Assembly: GCA_018062345.1 (NCBI GenBank)
Contig: JAGOSL010000007.1
Coordinates: 1,598-65,597 of the forward strand
DNA length: 64,000 nt
From: Pseudomonadota bacterium
GTDB taxonomy: Bacteria; Pseudomonadota; Alphaproteobacteria; Paracaedibacterales; CAITNM01
Direction of reading: 5' to 3'
A program made the position numbers and the translations under genes. Positions 10,204 to 19,289 of the stretch are shown in pieces (positions within the stretch are counted from its first letter, which is position 1; every line of letters begins with the position of its first letter). The notes under the pieces were generated by a model. That model saw only the letters and a program-made list of their open reading frames with translations, searched no databases and had not been told where the DNA came from.

Positions 10204-11334
10204 CTAATACATTTGCGGATCTGATAAATCTTTTAAAGTAAGCTTTTTTCGAAAAACCCTGTATGTCCATGTGACATAACCAAGGATAAATGGCAAAAAT
10301 AAACCCACGGCTATTAACATAATAAACAACGTCAATCTTGATGAAGAGGCATCCCACACTGTCAAACTATGATTGGGAGCAATCGTTGAAGGTAAAATAA
10401 AAGGAAAGGCGGCAAGGCCCGCTGTTGCTATTACCCCTATGATACTAAGAGATGTTCCCAAAAATCCAACAACTGCCTTTCGCTTACCTGAAACCATTGA
10501 AAGTATGAACCCAAAAAAGGCAACCAGCGCCGAAATTTTTGTACTGCTGTTAAAAAAGCGTTGGGTGAGCTCAGCGCTTTCTTCAATAAGCTGCACCCCT
10601 ACAACTTTAGCTAAGATATTTTGAAATGGCGAAACTGATTCCAGCGTAAACCCAGAACAAGTGTTATTCAAAAGCAAACCTGCCGCCACAAAACTAACTA
10701 ATCCCAAGAATGAAAAAAATTTTTGTGTTCCGTGCGCTCTTTCCACAATTGGATGATCAACTTTTAAGCGCAAATACGCTGCCCCGTGCGCAATAAGCAT
10801 GGTCAGTGAAACCAATCCAGCAAGAAGAGCAAAAGGATTCAGTAACTCAAAAAATACATTTTTTGTTAGTAATACTAACTGGTCATCAAATGTGAAGGGC
10901 AAACCCAAAATTGCATTGCCAACGGCTACTCCAAAAAGTAGAGAAGGAATAATGCTGGTAACACACAAAGCCCAATCCCATCCATTACGCCATTTTTGAT
11001 TGGGCATTTTACTGCGAAATTTAAGCCCGATAGGCCTTACAATCAAGCAGACTAGCAGCAATAGCATAGCCAAATACATAGTTGAAAAAGCAACGGCATA
11101 AACAAGCGGCCATGCAGCAAAAATGGCCCCCGCCCCCAAGATCAACCATACTTGGTTACTTTCCCAAACAGGTGCGATAGTGTTAATCATTAAACGTCGC
11201 TCTTCGTCAGTTTTTGCCAAAGTTGTCAGCAAACTTGCAACGCCTAGATCAAATCCATCAGTTAAGGCAAAACCTGTCAGCAGTACTCCTAACAAAATCC
11301 ACCATATAAGCTGCAGCATTTCTAAAGAAGGCAT
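10204..11334 (-). CDS. cydB: Cytochrome bd ubiquinol oxidase subunit II
   Basis: 376 aa polytopic protein directly following cydA with a 1-nt overlap. The N-terminus LQLIWWILLGVLLTGFALTDGFDLGV is typical of CydB. Confidence 0.9.
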   Translation of the reverse strand: MPSLEMLQLIWWILLGVLLTGFALTDGFDLGVASLLTTLAKTDEERRLMINTIAPVWESNQVWLILGAGAIFAAWPLVYAVAFSTMYLAMLLLLVCLIVRPIGLKFRSKMPNQKWRNGWDWALCVTSIIPSLLFGVAVGNAILGLPFTFDDQLVLLTKNVFFELLNPFALLAGLVSLTMLIAHGAAYLRLKVDHPIVERAHGTQKFFSFLGLVSFVAAGLLLNNTCSGFTLESVSPFQNILAKVVGVQLIEESAELTQRFFNSSTKISALVAFFGFILSMVSGKRKAVVGFLGTSLSIIGVIATAGLAAFPFILPSTIAPNHSLTVWDASSSRLTLFIMLIAVGLFLPFILGYVTWTYRVFRKKLTLKDLSDPQMY

Positions 11335-12875
11335 TAAGCGCCCTCTTTCATTGAAAAAATATCAGGCCCGGCTTTTATATATTTTTTAAGTAGCACAACA
11401 TCAAAAATTAAAAGGACCGAGTAAAAAAGAACAAACACTGAAAATGAAATAACCAGGGATGATTTATCATGATTTGAGGCAGCCATGAATGTAGGCAAGA
11501 CACCTTCAATCGCCCAAGGCTGGCGTCCGTGCTCTGCAACAAACCAACCACTCATCACAGCAATCCAGGGAAGAGGAAGAGCAAGCAGACTGCTTCGTAA
11601 ATACCATGGTTTTTCAGCAAAACGACGTTTTATAGAATACCAAAAACCAATAAGAAAATATGCTAACAAAACGAACCCGCATAAAACCATAATACGAAAG
11701 AACACAAATAGCGATGTAACATTAGGCACCGTATCATGAGCTGCCTTTTTGATTGTGGCCTCATCTACATGTTGTAAGTTTTGTGTGTATTTTTTCAGCA
11801 ATAATCCATAACCGAGATCATTTTTGTATTTATTAAACTGCTGCATAGCAACACTGTTTTTTCTATCTTTACGCAAATCTTGAAGGGCTAAGTAGGCTTT
11901 TTGGCCGTTTTTGATACGCAATACGGCAGATTCTTCAAGTTCTGTAATACCAGGAATTTCTATGGAAAATGAGCGTGTCGCAATTAGCCCAAGTAGATAA
12001 GGCACTTTAATTTCTAAAGTATTTTCGCGCTTTTCCTCATTTGGAATTGCAAATAATAAAAGGTCAGCTGGAGCTTTTTGCGTGTTCCACATCGCCTCCA
12101 TTGCAGCTATCTTCATTTTTTGGTTCTGGTTTGCTGTATAACCACTTTCATCTCCCAATACGATAACACTTAATGCTGAGGCCAGACCAAAACTTACCGC
12201 CACTGTCATTGAACGCTTAGCAAACTCGACATGGCGTTTTTGTAACAAATACCAAGCGCTGATTGCCATTACAAAAACAGCACCCGTTACATACCCTGCA
12301 CTAACTGTATGAACAAACTTAGATTGCGCAACTGGATTGAAAAATATTTCATAAAAGTTAGTCAACTCCATGCGCAACGTATCAATATTAAAAGATGCTC
12401 CCACAGGGTTTTGCATCCATGCATTAGCAATTAAAATCCAAAGTGCTGAAAAATTTGTAGCTATCGCCAACCCCCACGTTACGCATAAGTGCGCTTGCTG
12501 AGACAGTTTTTTCCACCCAAAGAAAAACAGCCCAATCAAAGTGGCTTCAAGAAAAAAAGCCATCAACCCCTCAATTGCAAGCAATGACCCAAAAACATCC
12601 CCCACATAGTGGCTGTAGTAAGCCCAATTTGTGCCAAATTGGAATTCAAGCGTAATACCAGTCGCTACCCCCATGGCAAAATTAATACCAAACAGCAGCC
12701 CCCAAAATTGCGTCATTTGCTTCCAAATAGGCTTTCGCGTCATTACATAAACGCTCTCCATAATAGCCAGCAAGAAACTTAAACCCAGCGTAAGCGGCAC
12801 AAATATGAAGTGGTACATAGCAGTAATACCAAACTGAAGCCTGGCAAGCTGAATAGCAGTAAGAGATTCGAACAT
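11334..12875 (-). CDS. cydA: Cytochrome bd ubiquinol oxidase subunit I
   Basis: 513 aa. LARLQFGITAMYHFIFVPLTLGL, a Q-loop region and GWFVAEHGRQPW are all CydA hallmarks. Confidence 0.95.
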   Translation of the reverse strand: MFESLTAIQLARLQFGITAMYHFIFVPLTLGLSFLLAIMESVYVMTRKPIWKQMTQFWGLLFGINFAMGVATGITLEFQFGTNWAYYSHYVGDVFGSLLAIEGLMAFFLEATLIGLFFFGWKKLSQQAHLCVTWGLAIATNFSALWILIANAWMQNPVGASFNIDTLRMELTNFYEIFFNPVAQSKFVHTVSAGYVTGAVFVMAISAWYLLQKRHVEFAKRSMTVAVSFGLASALSVIVLGDESGYTANQNQKMKIAAMEAMWNTQKAPADLLLFAIPNEEKRENTLEIKVPYLLGLIATRSFSIEIPGITELEESAVLRIKNGQKAYLALQDLRKDRKNSVAMQQFNKYKNDLGYGLLLKKYTQNLQHVDEATIKKAAHDTVPNVTSLFVFFRIMVLCGFVLLAYFLIGFWYSIKRRFAEKPWYLRSSLLALPLPWIAVMSGWFVAEHGRQPWAIEGVLPTFMAASNHDKSSLVISFSVFVLFYSVLLIFDVVLLKKYIKAGPDIFSMKEGA

Positions 12876-12880
12876 AATAT

Positions 12881-13012
12881 CTATTTGGCTATGTGTTGAT
12901 CAATTTGATTAGAGCTTAGGTGGAAACGGTGGCCACGTACATAGAAAATTAACAGCGCAAGAATCACTAGCTTAATAGTGATGGCGACTTTAATGTCACG
13001 AAACTTTGGCAT
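12881..13012 (-). CDS. Candidate 43-aa single-TM peptide at the head of the cyd operon
   Basis: Hand-found: MPKFRDIKVAITIKLVILALLIFYVRGHRFHLSSNQIDQHIAK. A strong SD (GAGGGGAG) lies 7 nt upstream. Its stop TAG lies 5 nt before the cydA ATG. I recognise no homology. Confidence 0.35.
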   Translation of the reverse strand: MPKFRDIKVAITIKLVILALLIFYVRGHRFHLSSNQIDQHIAK

Positions 13013-13146
13013 TCTATTTCTCCCCTCGAACACTATAGCGCAAATACAAAAAATTTTTAAAAAATTTTAATTAATAAAAACTAGCTTGATTAATCATAAT
13101 AATATCATCATATATAAACGATAGATAATTAATGTAAGTATAGATA

Positions 13147-14766
13147 ATGATATTAAAATTTCTTGTATTTGTGTTTGCGTACACTTCATTTTCTGTAGGT
13201 TACGCTGTTTCCTCACCTGATGTTCTTGCCTTATGGGATCGCGCAGTAGGTGCTGTTAAATTTCAGCAACAGGAAGCTATAACTGAATTAAACGAGCAAC
13301 TGAAAGGACAAGTGGCGCCACCTGATTTTCTAAGCGTTCACCAACCAACAAAATATGGGTGTGAATCAAGTTCAGATTATCAAAAGCGTATATTAATTCC
13401 TGAGTTACTCTGCTCAGTAGGTTGGGACAACACACTATTTTTGATGTCAAATATCACCATTTTTCAGCAGCATTTTAAAACCAGCACAAAATTATCGCCT
13501 TGCCAACGCCACTACATTACCAAAGATTATTTAGTTCAGCACTTTGCCAGCATTGAAGCCGCAGCTGAAAAAGGACAACTTGGAGCTGTGCTGAGTTTTA
13601 TGCATTATGATAACTCTTCACTTGAAAGCCACTGGAATTTTATAAATGGATTTTTTAGATATTGCCAAAACGAAGGATACACAAATTTTACTAAGCACGT
13701 GTTTGATAATAGCCATATTTTTTTCAAAGGAGAAAGAAATCAATTCCTGAAAAGTCTACAAGGAAAATGTTTTATAGCAGCTTTAAGGGAATGCCAATTT
13801 AGTATTAACCCTGAACAAGAAATAAGAAATTTTGAAAAATTCCATTTAAATCAAGAAAATATGGATGAGATTTATCAAAATTTAATGGATGCTTTGTATG
13901 TGGCTCTAGCCAAGAATCAATCTTATAAAGCAATGGATCTGATTGTAGATTGTGATTCATGGCCTCAACCATCAATTGATGCAAAAAACAGCGCGCAACA
14001 AGCAATAAATGCAAATTTTCAAGAATTGCTAGTTTGTGGTCAATATTCTGCAGCCCAAAATGCTCTATCAAGAAAAACTAATAGACCAGACAAAGGAATT
14101 TTACATATTTTCTTGGCAAAATCGGCGCAAAATAGAGAGTGGTATGCCGTTGATAGCGTCTTAACGAACATGTATGACGAATCACTTCCTGTTCCTCAGG
14201 CTTTAACAGATGATTTATTTGTTTGCGCTACTGCTTATGATAATGACCAATATTTTGGATTATTAACTGGAGAAAACACTTTTGCTGTGTTAACAGGAGA
14301 GAACTGGGCGTACGAACCACCAACTTCTGCTGCATTTGATAGAGGCTTATTAGAAACTATAAAATTTAGAAACCAAGCTAGATTTGATCATCTTTTGGAC
14401 ACTTATGCAGAAAAGCTGTCAGAGGAAGGCCTAAGAGAGGCATTAGAACAAGCAGGAAAACCAGCTAAAAATTCAACGCCACTTTTTTATATAGATTATT
14501 CTTTTCTTAAAGAAAATCATTATCAGGAACGCTTGAAAAGGAAGCTAGGTATTCCTACTTATATGGAACATGTTTTTACCAGTAATTCAGTTATTTCTAG
14601 TTTAGTGATTCCTGATTTAGATGTGTCTGCTTTCAGTTTTCCTACTGTTGATTTATCATCACTGCTTGTGCCCCAAGAAATTAATCTATTTACGCCCACA
14701 GAAAAAAATGAACAAAATTTACCTGAGCAGCTCAATGACAATAATTCCAGCACCCAAAAAGAATAG
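13147..14766 (+). CDS. Hypothetical secreted protein (signal peptide), no recognisable domain
   Basis: 539-aa ORF with N-terminus MILKFLVFVFAYTSFSVGYAVSS. It contains a small internal duplication (LLTGENTFAVLTGENW). Its 3' end overlaps the convergent permease gene by 48 nt. Confidence 0.6.
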   Translation: MILKFLVFVFAYTSFSVGYAVSSPDVLALWDRAVGAVKFQQQEAITELNEQLKGQVAPPDFLSVHQPTKYGCESSSDYQKRILIPELLCSVGWDNTLFLMSNITIFQQHFKTSTKLSPCQRHYITKDYLVQHFASIEAAAEKGQLGAVLSFMHYDNSSLESHWNFINGFFRYCQNEGYTNFTKHVFDNSHIFFKGERNQFLKSLQGKCFIAALRECQFSINPEQEIRNFEKFHLNQENMDEIYQNLMDALYVALAKNQSYKAMDLIVDCDSWPQPSIDAKNSAQQAINANFQELLVCGQYSAAQNALSRKTNRPDKGILHIFLAKSAQNREWYAVDSVLTNMYDESLPVPQALTDDLFVCATAYDNDQYFGLLTGENTFAVLTGENWAYEPPTSAAFDRGLLETIKFRNQARFDHLLDTYAEKLSEEGLREALEQAGKPAKNSTPLFYIDYSFLKENHYQERLKRKLGIPTYMEHVFTSNSVISSLVIPDLDVSAFSFPTVDLSSLLVPQEINLFTPTEKNEQNLPEQLNDNNSSTQKE

Positions 14767-15966
14767 AACAACTAAAGCAGCATTTCCCCCAGCAACTTTG
14801 TAGGGAGCTGCTCCCCCAGCTTGGCGCATTTTATAAGCAACAGCTGCTGGCATCATTACAGCCAAAACGCTGAGGGCAATTGCTGCGTACCCCAAAGCCA
14901 TAATAAAGCCATTAGGGTAAAACAAGGCAAAGAATAAAGGAGGCAAAAACGTCAAAAGTGATGTTTGAAAACGTTGGCTTTTGGTATTGGCCTTTTTTAA
15001 ACTTTCCGCCAAGTAATCAAATAATCCAATAGCAACACCTAAGAACGATGTAGAAACCCCAAAAAACGCAAAAATATTTGAACAGTATTCAATCGCTGTG
15101 CTTTGTGTTGCTTGATTTAAATGGCTAATAAATGAGGCGACATTTTGCTCTTCTGCACCTGTTATCATTACTGGCAAAACACCTAGCGTCACCACCTGCC
15201 ATAGTAAATAAATAAATAAGGGCGCAATACTACCAGCAATAATAACCTTTCTAAGGTATTTTACATTCGGACCGACATAGTTGATAAGCGTTGGAATACT
15301 GCCATGAAATCCGAATGAGGTGAAAAATAGGGGTATAGCTAACCAGGTGGAGCTCGGCTCACTTCCTGGACTTGCCAAATACTGCGCTTTGACAAAAGGT
15401 ACTAGCGCAAAGACTAAGCAGAAAAAAATGCTGACTTTTACAAATAATAAAAAGCGGTTTGCGTAATCAACGTGCGTAGTTGATGAATAGACAAAAACAC
15501 CAAGCATAGCTGCAAAAGAAATCGCCATCACTGAAAAGGGTGCTGAAATTCCTGTAATGCTTTCTACCCCAGCTTTTAAAAAAGAAGCACCACCTGTTGT
15601 GTAGGCTGCAAGCAAGGCATAAAACAAAAGCCCTATGCTTAGGGATGCAACCCATTTACCAAAACGCCCAAAAATCTTTTCAGCTAAGTAAGATATGCTA
15701 TAGCCGCCGCCGTTACGTAAGTTAATTTCTAACGTAACAAGCGCCGCAAAACATGTAAAAGCCCACATTCCTATCAACAACAGTGAACTATTAATAAATC
15801 CAGCTTTTCCAGAAGTCATAGGAAGCGCTAACATTCCAGCACCAAAAGTTGTGCCAGCAACAATAAGCGTTGCCCCTATAAATCTACTTCTTGATGGAGC
15901 CTGCTTCGCACTATTATCACAAGATTCAGATACTAAACGCGCCTTGCCCTTTATCGCTGCTTGCAT
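14719..15966 (-). CDS. Aromatic amino acid (tyrosine/tryptophan) HAAAP-family permease
   Basis: 415 aa with 11 or so TM segments. The N-terminal GATLIVAGTTFGAGMLALPMTSG matches the TyrP/Mtr/TnaB signature. Confidence 0.8.
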   Translation of the reverse strand: MQAAIKGKARLVSESCDNSAKQAPSRSRFIGATLIVAGTTFGAGMLALPMTSGKAGFINSSLLLIGMWAFTCFAALVTLEINLRNGGGYSISYLAEKIFGRFGKWVASLSIGLLFYALLAAYTTGGASFLKAGVESITGISAPFSVMAISFAAMLGVFVYSSTTHVDYANRFLLFVKVSIFFCLVFALVPFVKAQYLASPGSEPSSTWLAIPLFFTSFGFHGSIPTLINYVGPNVKYLRKVIIAGSIAPLFIYLLWQVVTLGVLPVMITGAEEQNVASFISHLNQATQSTAIEYCSNIFAFFGVSTSFLGVAIGLFDYLAESLKKANTKSQRFQTSLLTFLPPLFFALFYPNGFIMALGYAAIALSVLAVMMPAAVAYKMRQAGGAAPYKVAGGNAALVVLFFLGAGIIVIELLR

Positions 15967-16043
15967 GCAAAATTACCTAAGATGCTTTTTTGTATGGTAG
16001 GATGCTTTTAATTAAAAAATCCAGTTAAAATTTTTATAGGCAG

Positions 16044-16460
16044 ATGAAATTAGCTAGTTTTTGGAAAAATCTTCCAGGCTTGTGGGAGTTTGAACGAATC
16101 ATATCAGGCAATCCTGCACAAACAGGATTTTTAAACGTAGAAAAAGAAAAAGATAATTTTTATACGGTTCATGAAAAAGGCGTTTATAATAACAACGAAA
16201 TACAAACATTTTTTCGTGACTATCATTTCTACTGGCAAAATAATTACTTAAATATTTACGGAAAAAATCCTAAAGATGGATATGTTCTTTTGCACAGCTT
16301 AAGCGACACAATGAAAACCCATACACATTTTTGTAATAATGACCAATACCAGTTGGAGCTTACCGCCATAGGCTTAAATGCTTGGAGCACGATCACCATA
16401 ATTACGGGGCCACATAAGAATATGTCACTAGAAACTTGTTATCAGCGAAGAATCTGCTAA
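16044..16460 (+). CDS. Small hypothetical protein (possibly DUF6314-like)
   Basis: 138-aa ORF. The pattern W.FER.I ... Y.Y ... H.C..D.Y ... GP.K. ... Y.R resembles DUF6314 as I remember it. Not verified. Confidence 0.45.
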   Translation: MKLASFWKNLPGLWEFERIISGNPAQTGFLNVEKEKDNFYTVHEKGVYNNNEIQTFFRDYHFYWQNNYLNIYGKNPKDGYVLLHSLSDTMKTHTHFCNNDQYQLELTAIGLNAWSTITIITGPHKNMSLETCYQRRIC

Positions 16461-16465
16461 ACGAG

Positions 16466-17029
16466 TCACCCTAACAACCTCTTTGCTGTTTCAATTACAC
16501 CATCAATGGTTGTTTCTACATGCAAAAATTGTTCATGCTCTTTCCGCGCAAATTCAGTGTTAATAACATGATGAAATAAAGCAACAAGCGAATCCCAATA
16601 GCCATTAATATTTGCGATGATAATTGGTTTTTGATGAAGATTAAGTTGTCTCCATGTCAAAATTTCAAAAAACTCATCTAAAGTTCCAAAACCACCTGGC
16701 ATAATAATAAACGCATCTGCTCTTTCTGACATTTGATACTTTCGGGTGTGCATCGTATCGACCACGTGCACTTTATGCAGCCCTACTTGCACTCCTTCAC
16801 GCGCATCCAAATGCTCTGTGGTAATACCAACAACAATTCCACCATTTTCAATAACCGCGTTAGAAACACGCCCCATCAATCCTAGACGTCCGCCTCCATA
16901 AACCATGCTAAAATTATTATCTGCGATAAGCTTTCCAAGGTCTTCTGCCGCTTTGTAATATTGAGGGTCAACACGTTCAGAAGCGCCACAATATACACAA
17001 AGATATTTACTTTCAGTCATATTTTTCAT
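16466..17029 (-). CDS. LOG-family (TIGR00730) nucleotide 5'-monophosphate nucleosidase
   Basis: 187 aa with YGGGRLGLMG and PGGFGTLDEFFE motifs. Confidence 0.85.
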   Translation of the reverse strand: MKNMTESKYLCVYCGASERVDPQYYKAAEDLGKLIADNNFSMVYGGGRLGLMGRVSNAVIENGGIVVGITTEHLDAREGVQVGLHKVHVVDTMHTRKYQMSERADAFIIMPGGFGTLDEFFEILTWRQLNLHQKPIIIANINGYWDSLVALFHHVINTEFARKEHEQFLHVETTIDGVIETAKRLLG

Positions 17030-17141
17030 TCCTTATTTTTTATCAATGCGCATCCCACTAGACAAAGCTTTTTATTCTGTCCCAGAATGACAAACAGTGC
17101 TTAACATTTCATTAAAACAATAGTTTTTCAAGGAACCTTAC

Positions 17142-19286
17142 GTGTCTGCAGGTGAAATTCTCTCGATCAAGATCAAAACTTCATTTGGAGACGGCATTTT
17201 TGTTGTTCAACAAGCAGTTGTTGAGGAAACACTTTCAGAACCTTACGTAATTGATGTGTACGCGTCAACAACACTTTCTACCTTTGATGGTGATGAACTG
17301 ATTCATACCAAAGCAGGGATTATTTTCGAAGTTTATGGTCAGCAAAATTCATCTTCCAAACAAGGAGTGCGAGCGTATCACGGGATTATAACTCATATGG
17401 AGCACTTAAAAACAGTTATTGATGAACAAAACCAAGTCACACATTTTTTCCATTTTCAAATGCATTCCGCTTTTTGGATGCTAAAACACAGCCGTGATCA
17501 TCGGATTTTCCAAGAAACTTCAGCTATTAATATTATTCAGACAATTTTTAGTGAAAATGGAATATCAGATTTCGCAATAAAAGCAAGTGGCGGAACAAGC
17601 ATTCGAGAGTACTGCGTACAATATGGCGAAAGCCATTATGATTTTGTCTCGCGCTTACTAGAAGAAGAAGGGATTGGGTATTATTTTACTCACACAGAAT
17701 CAACCCATATGATGGTTTTATTTGATAGCAATACAAGTTTTGTAAGTATAACCCAGGAAGCCCTGCCATTTCTAAATGTTGAGACAGCTGAGCCGCTAGT
17801 TGATCATATTTTTGCTTTTGGAAAAAAATCACAGGTTGCAGCAAAAGCCTACAAAACAATTGATTATAACTATAACACTCCACACGCGCAGCTACTAAAC
17901 AGCAGCAGTGGCAATGGGTTCGGTAAACAAATTTATGAATATCCTGGGCTTTTTCAAAAATCAAGCGATGGCAACAAATTATCTGATCAACGCATGGAAG
18001 AGATTGAATGGCCTACCAAGCGCGTATATGGAAGATCTTCTTGTCCCAGTTTAGCCCCAGGATCAATCTTTACCTTAAAAGAACATCCCATCAAAAAATA
18101 CAATAACTCCTACGCCATTTCATATGTTCGCCATGAAATCATTGCCCAGCCAAGTAGTAACTTAGAAGAAAGCAATAACAATTTTTCTTTAACTTATTCA
18201 AATTCTTTTGAAGGCTTTTTAAAAACGATTCACTACCGCCCTTATCGCAAAACAAAGAAGCCACGCATTTATGGGTCGCAAACAGCATTTGTCACAGGGG
18301 CCGGAACAGAAGTGTATGGAGACCCCATGGCCAGAATTAAAGTTAAGTTTCACTGGGATTTGCGTAATCCTGATGACGAAACAAGCTCTTTGTGGGTGCG
18401 CGTTAGCCAGTCATTGAGCGGAGCAGCTTGGGGAGCTTTATGCATGCCTCGCGTCGGCATGGAGGTTGTGGTTGCATTTATAGATGGAGATCCTGACCAG
18501 CCGATTATAACAGGCTGTGTATATAATCAAGCATTTATGCCGCCGTATTCACCCAAAGATTTGCCACATTACATGACATTAAAAAGCAAAACTTTTAATG
18601 ATGAATCGGGAAGTAATGAATTGCGGTTTAGCGACAAGGCCGGCGAAGAAGAAATATACCTGCATGGCCAGTATGATATGAACACAGTGATTGAGCACAG
18701 CCGCACTGAAAACATAAAAACAGGTGATGACACTCTAACAATAGATAAGGGTGACAAACTTATTCACCAAAAAGGAGATGGCAGCATGTATTTGACCCTC
18801 ATTGATAGTGGTGACCACACAACAAATCTAAAAAAAGGAAATTTCGTTATTGATGTAAACGGTACTATCCTTATTAAGGCAACAAAAGGTATTACCGTCA
18901 CTACCCCAGATAACATTACTATGAAAGCTGGAAAAAATATTGCAATGACGGCGGGCGAAAATATAGTGATGAAGGCTGGAAAAAATATTCAAAAAAGTGC
19001 TGGACAAAACATTCAAGCGAAAGCGAGCATGAATATTCAATCAAAAGCAGGCATGAATATTCAAGAGACTGCCGGCGCAAACATTGTAGAAAAAGCGGAC
19101 GCGATGATTCAACTTAAGACAGCAACTTTGCAAGCAAAAGCAGGAACAATGATTCAAATGACCTCTGGTTTAGCGTTTAAAGCAACTGCTGGCGCCATGA
19201 TGGAACTAAAAGGTGGCGCTATGGTGCAAGTAGAGGGCGGAGCAATTGGCATGTTCAAAGGTGCCATTACCAAACTAGGAGGCTAG
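17142..19286 (+). CDS. vgrG: Type VI secretion spike protein VgrG (TssI), no C-terminal effector domain
   Basis: 714 aa with a GTG start. The gp27/gp5 core reads RVSQSLSGAAWGALCMPRVGMEVVVAFIDGDPDQPIITGCVYN. A C-terminal beta-helix of ~8-aa repeats follows (KAGKNIAMTAGENIVMKAGKNIQKSAGQNIQAKASMNIQ...). Confidence 0.92.
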   Translation: MSAGEILSIKIKTSFGDGIFVVQQAVVEETLSEPYVIDVYASTTLSTFDGDELIHTKAGIIFEVYGQQNSSSKQGVRAYHGIITHMEHLKTVIDEQNQVTHFFHFQMHSAFWMLKHSRDHRIFQETSAINIIQTIFSENGISDFAIKASGGTSIREYCVQYGESHYDFVSRLLEEEGIGYYFTHTESTHMMVLFDSNTSFVSITQEALPFLNVETAEPLVDHIFAFGKKSQVAAKAYKTIDYNYNTPHAQLLNSSSGNGFGKQIYEYPGLFQKSSDGNKLSDQRMEEIEWPTKRVYGRSSCPSLAPGSIFTLKEHPIKKYNNSYAISYVRHEIIAQPSSNLEESNNNFSLTYSNSFEGFLKTIHYRPYRKTKKPRIYGSQTAFVTGAGTEVYGDPMARIKVKFHWDLRNPDDETSSLWVRVSQSLSGAAWGALCMPRVGMEVVVAFIDGDPDQPIITGCVYNQAFMPPYSPKDLPHYMTLKSKTFNDESGSNELRFSDKAGEEEIYLHGQYDMNTVIEHSRTENIKTGDDTLTIDKGDKLIHQKGDGSMYLTLIDSGDHTTNLKKGNFVIDVNGTILIKATKGITVTTPDNITMKAGKNIAMTAGENIVMKAGKNIQKSAGQNIQAKASMNIQSKAGMNIQETAGANIVEKADAMIQLKTATLQAKAGTMIQMTSGLAFKATAGAMMELKGGAMVQVEGGAIGMFKGAITKLGG

Positions 19287-19289
19287 ATA

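Noticed and set aside
10166-10357. 63-aa ORF in the track overlapping the cydB 3' end.
   Set aside because: It overlaps cydB and the hand-found cydX in another frame. cydX (10104..10196) has the canonical MWYF.W motif and an SD, so the track ORF is spurious.
16466-17141. LOG-family gene divergent from vgrG as part of the T6SS module.
   Set aside because: It is on the opposite strand with a separate promoter region, and LOG proteins are common housekeeping genes. Nothing in the sequence supports a functional link.
18900-19270. Apparent tandem DNA repeats (aaagctggaaaaaatatt..., atgaatattcaa...) at the vgrG 3' end.
   Set aside because: They are in-frame and encode the gp5-like beta-helix octapeptide repeats of VgrG. 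This is not a noncoding repeat array or CRISPR.
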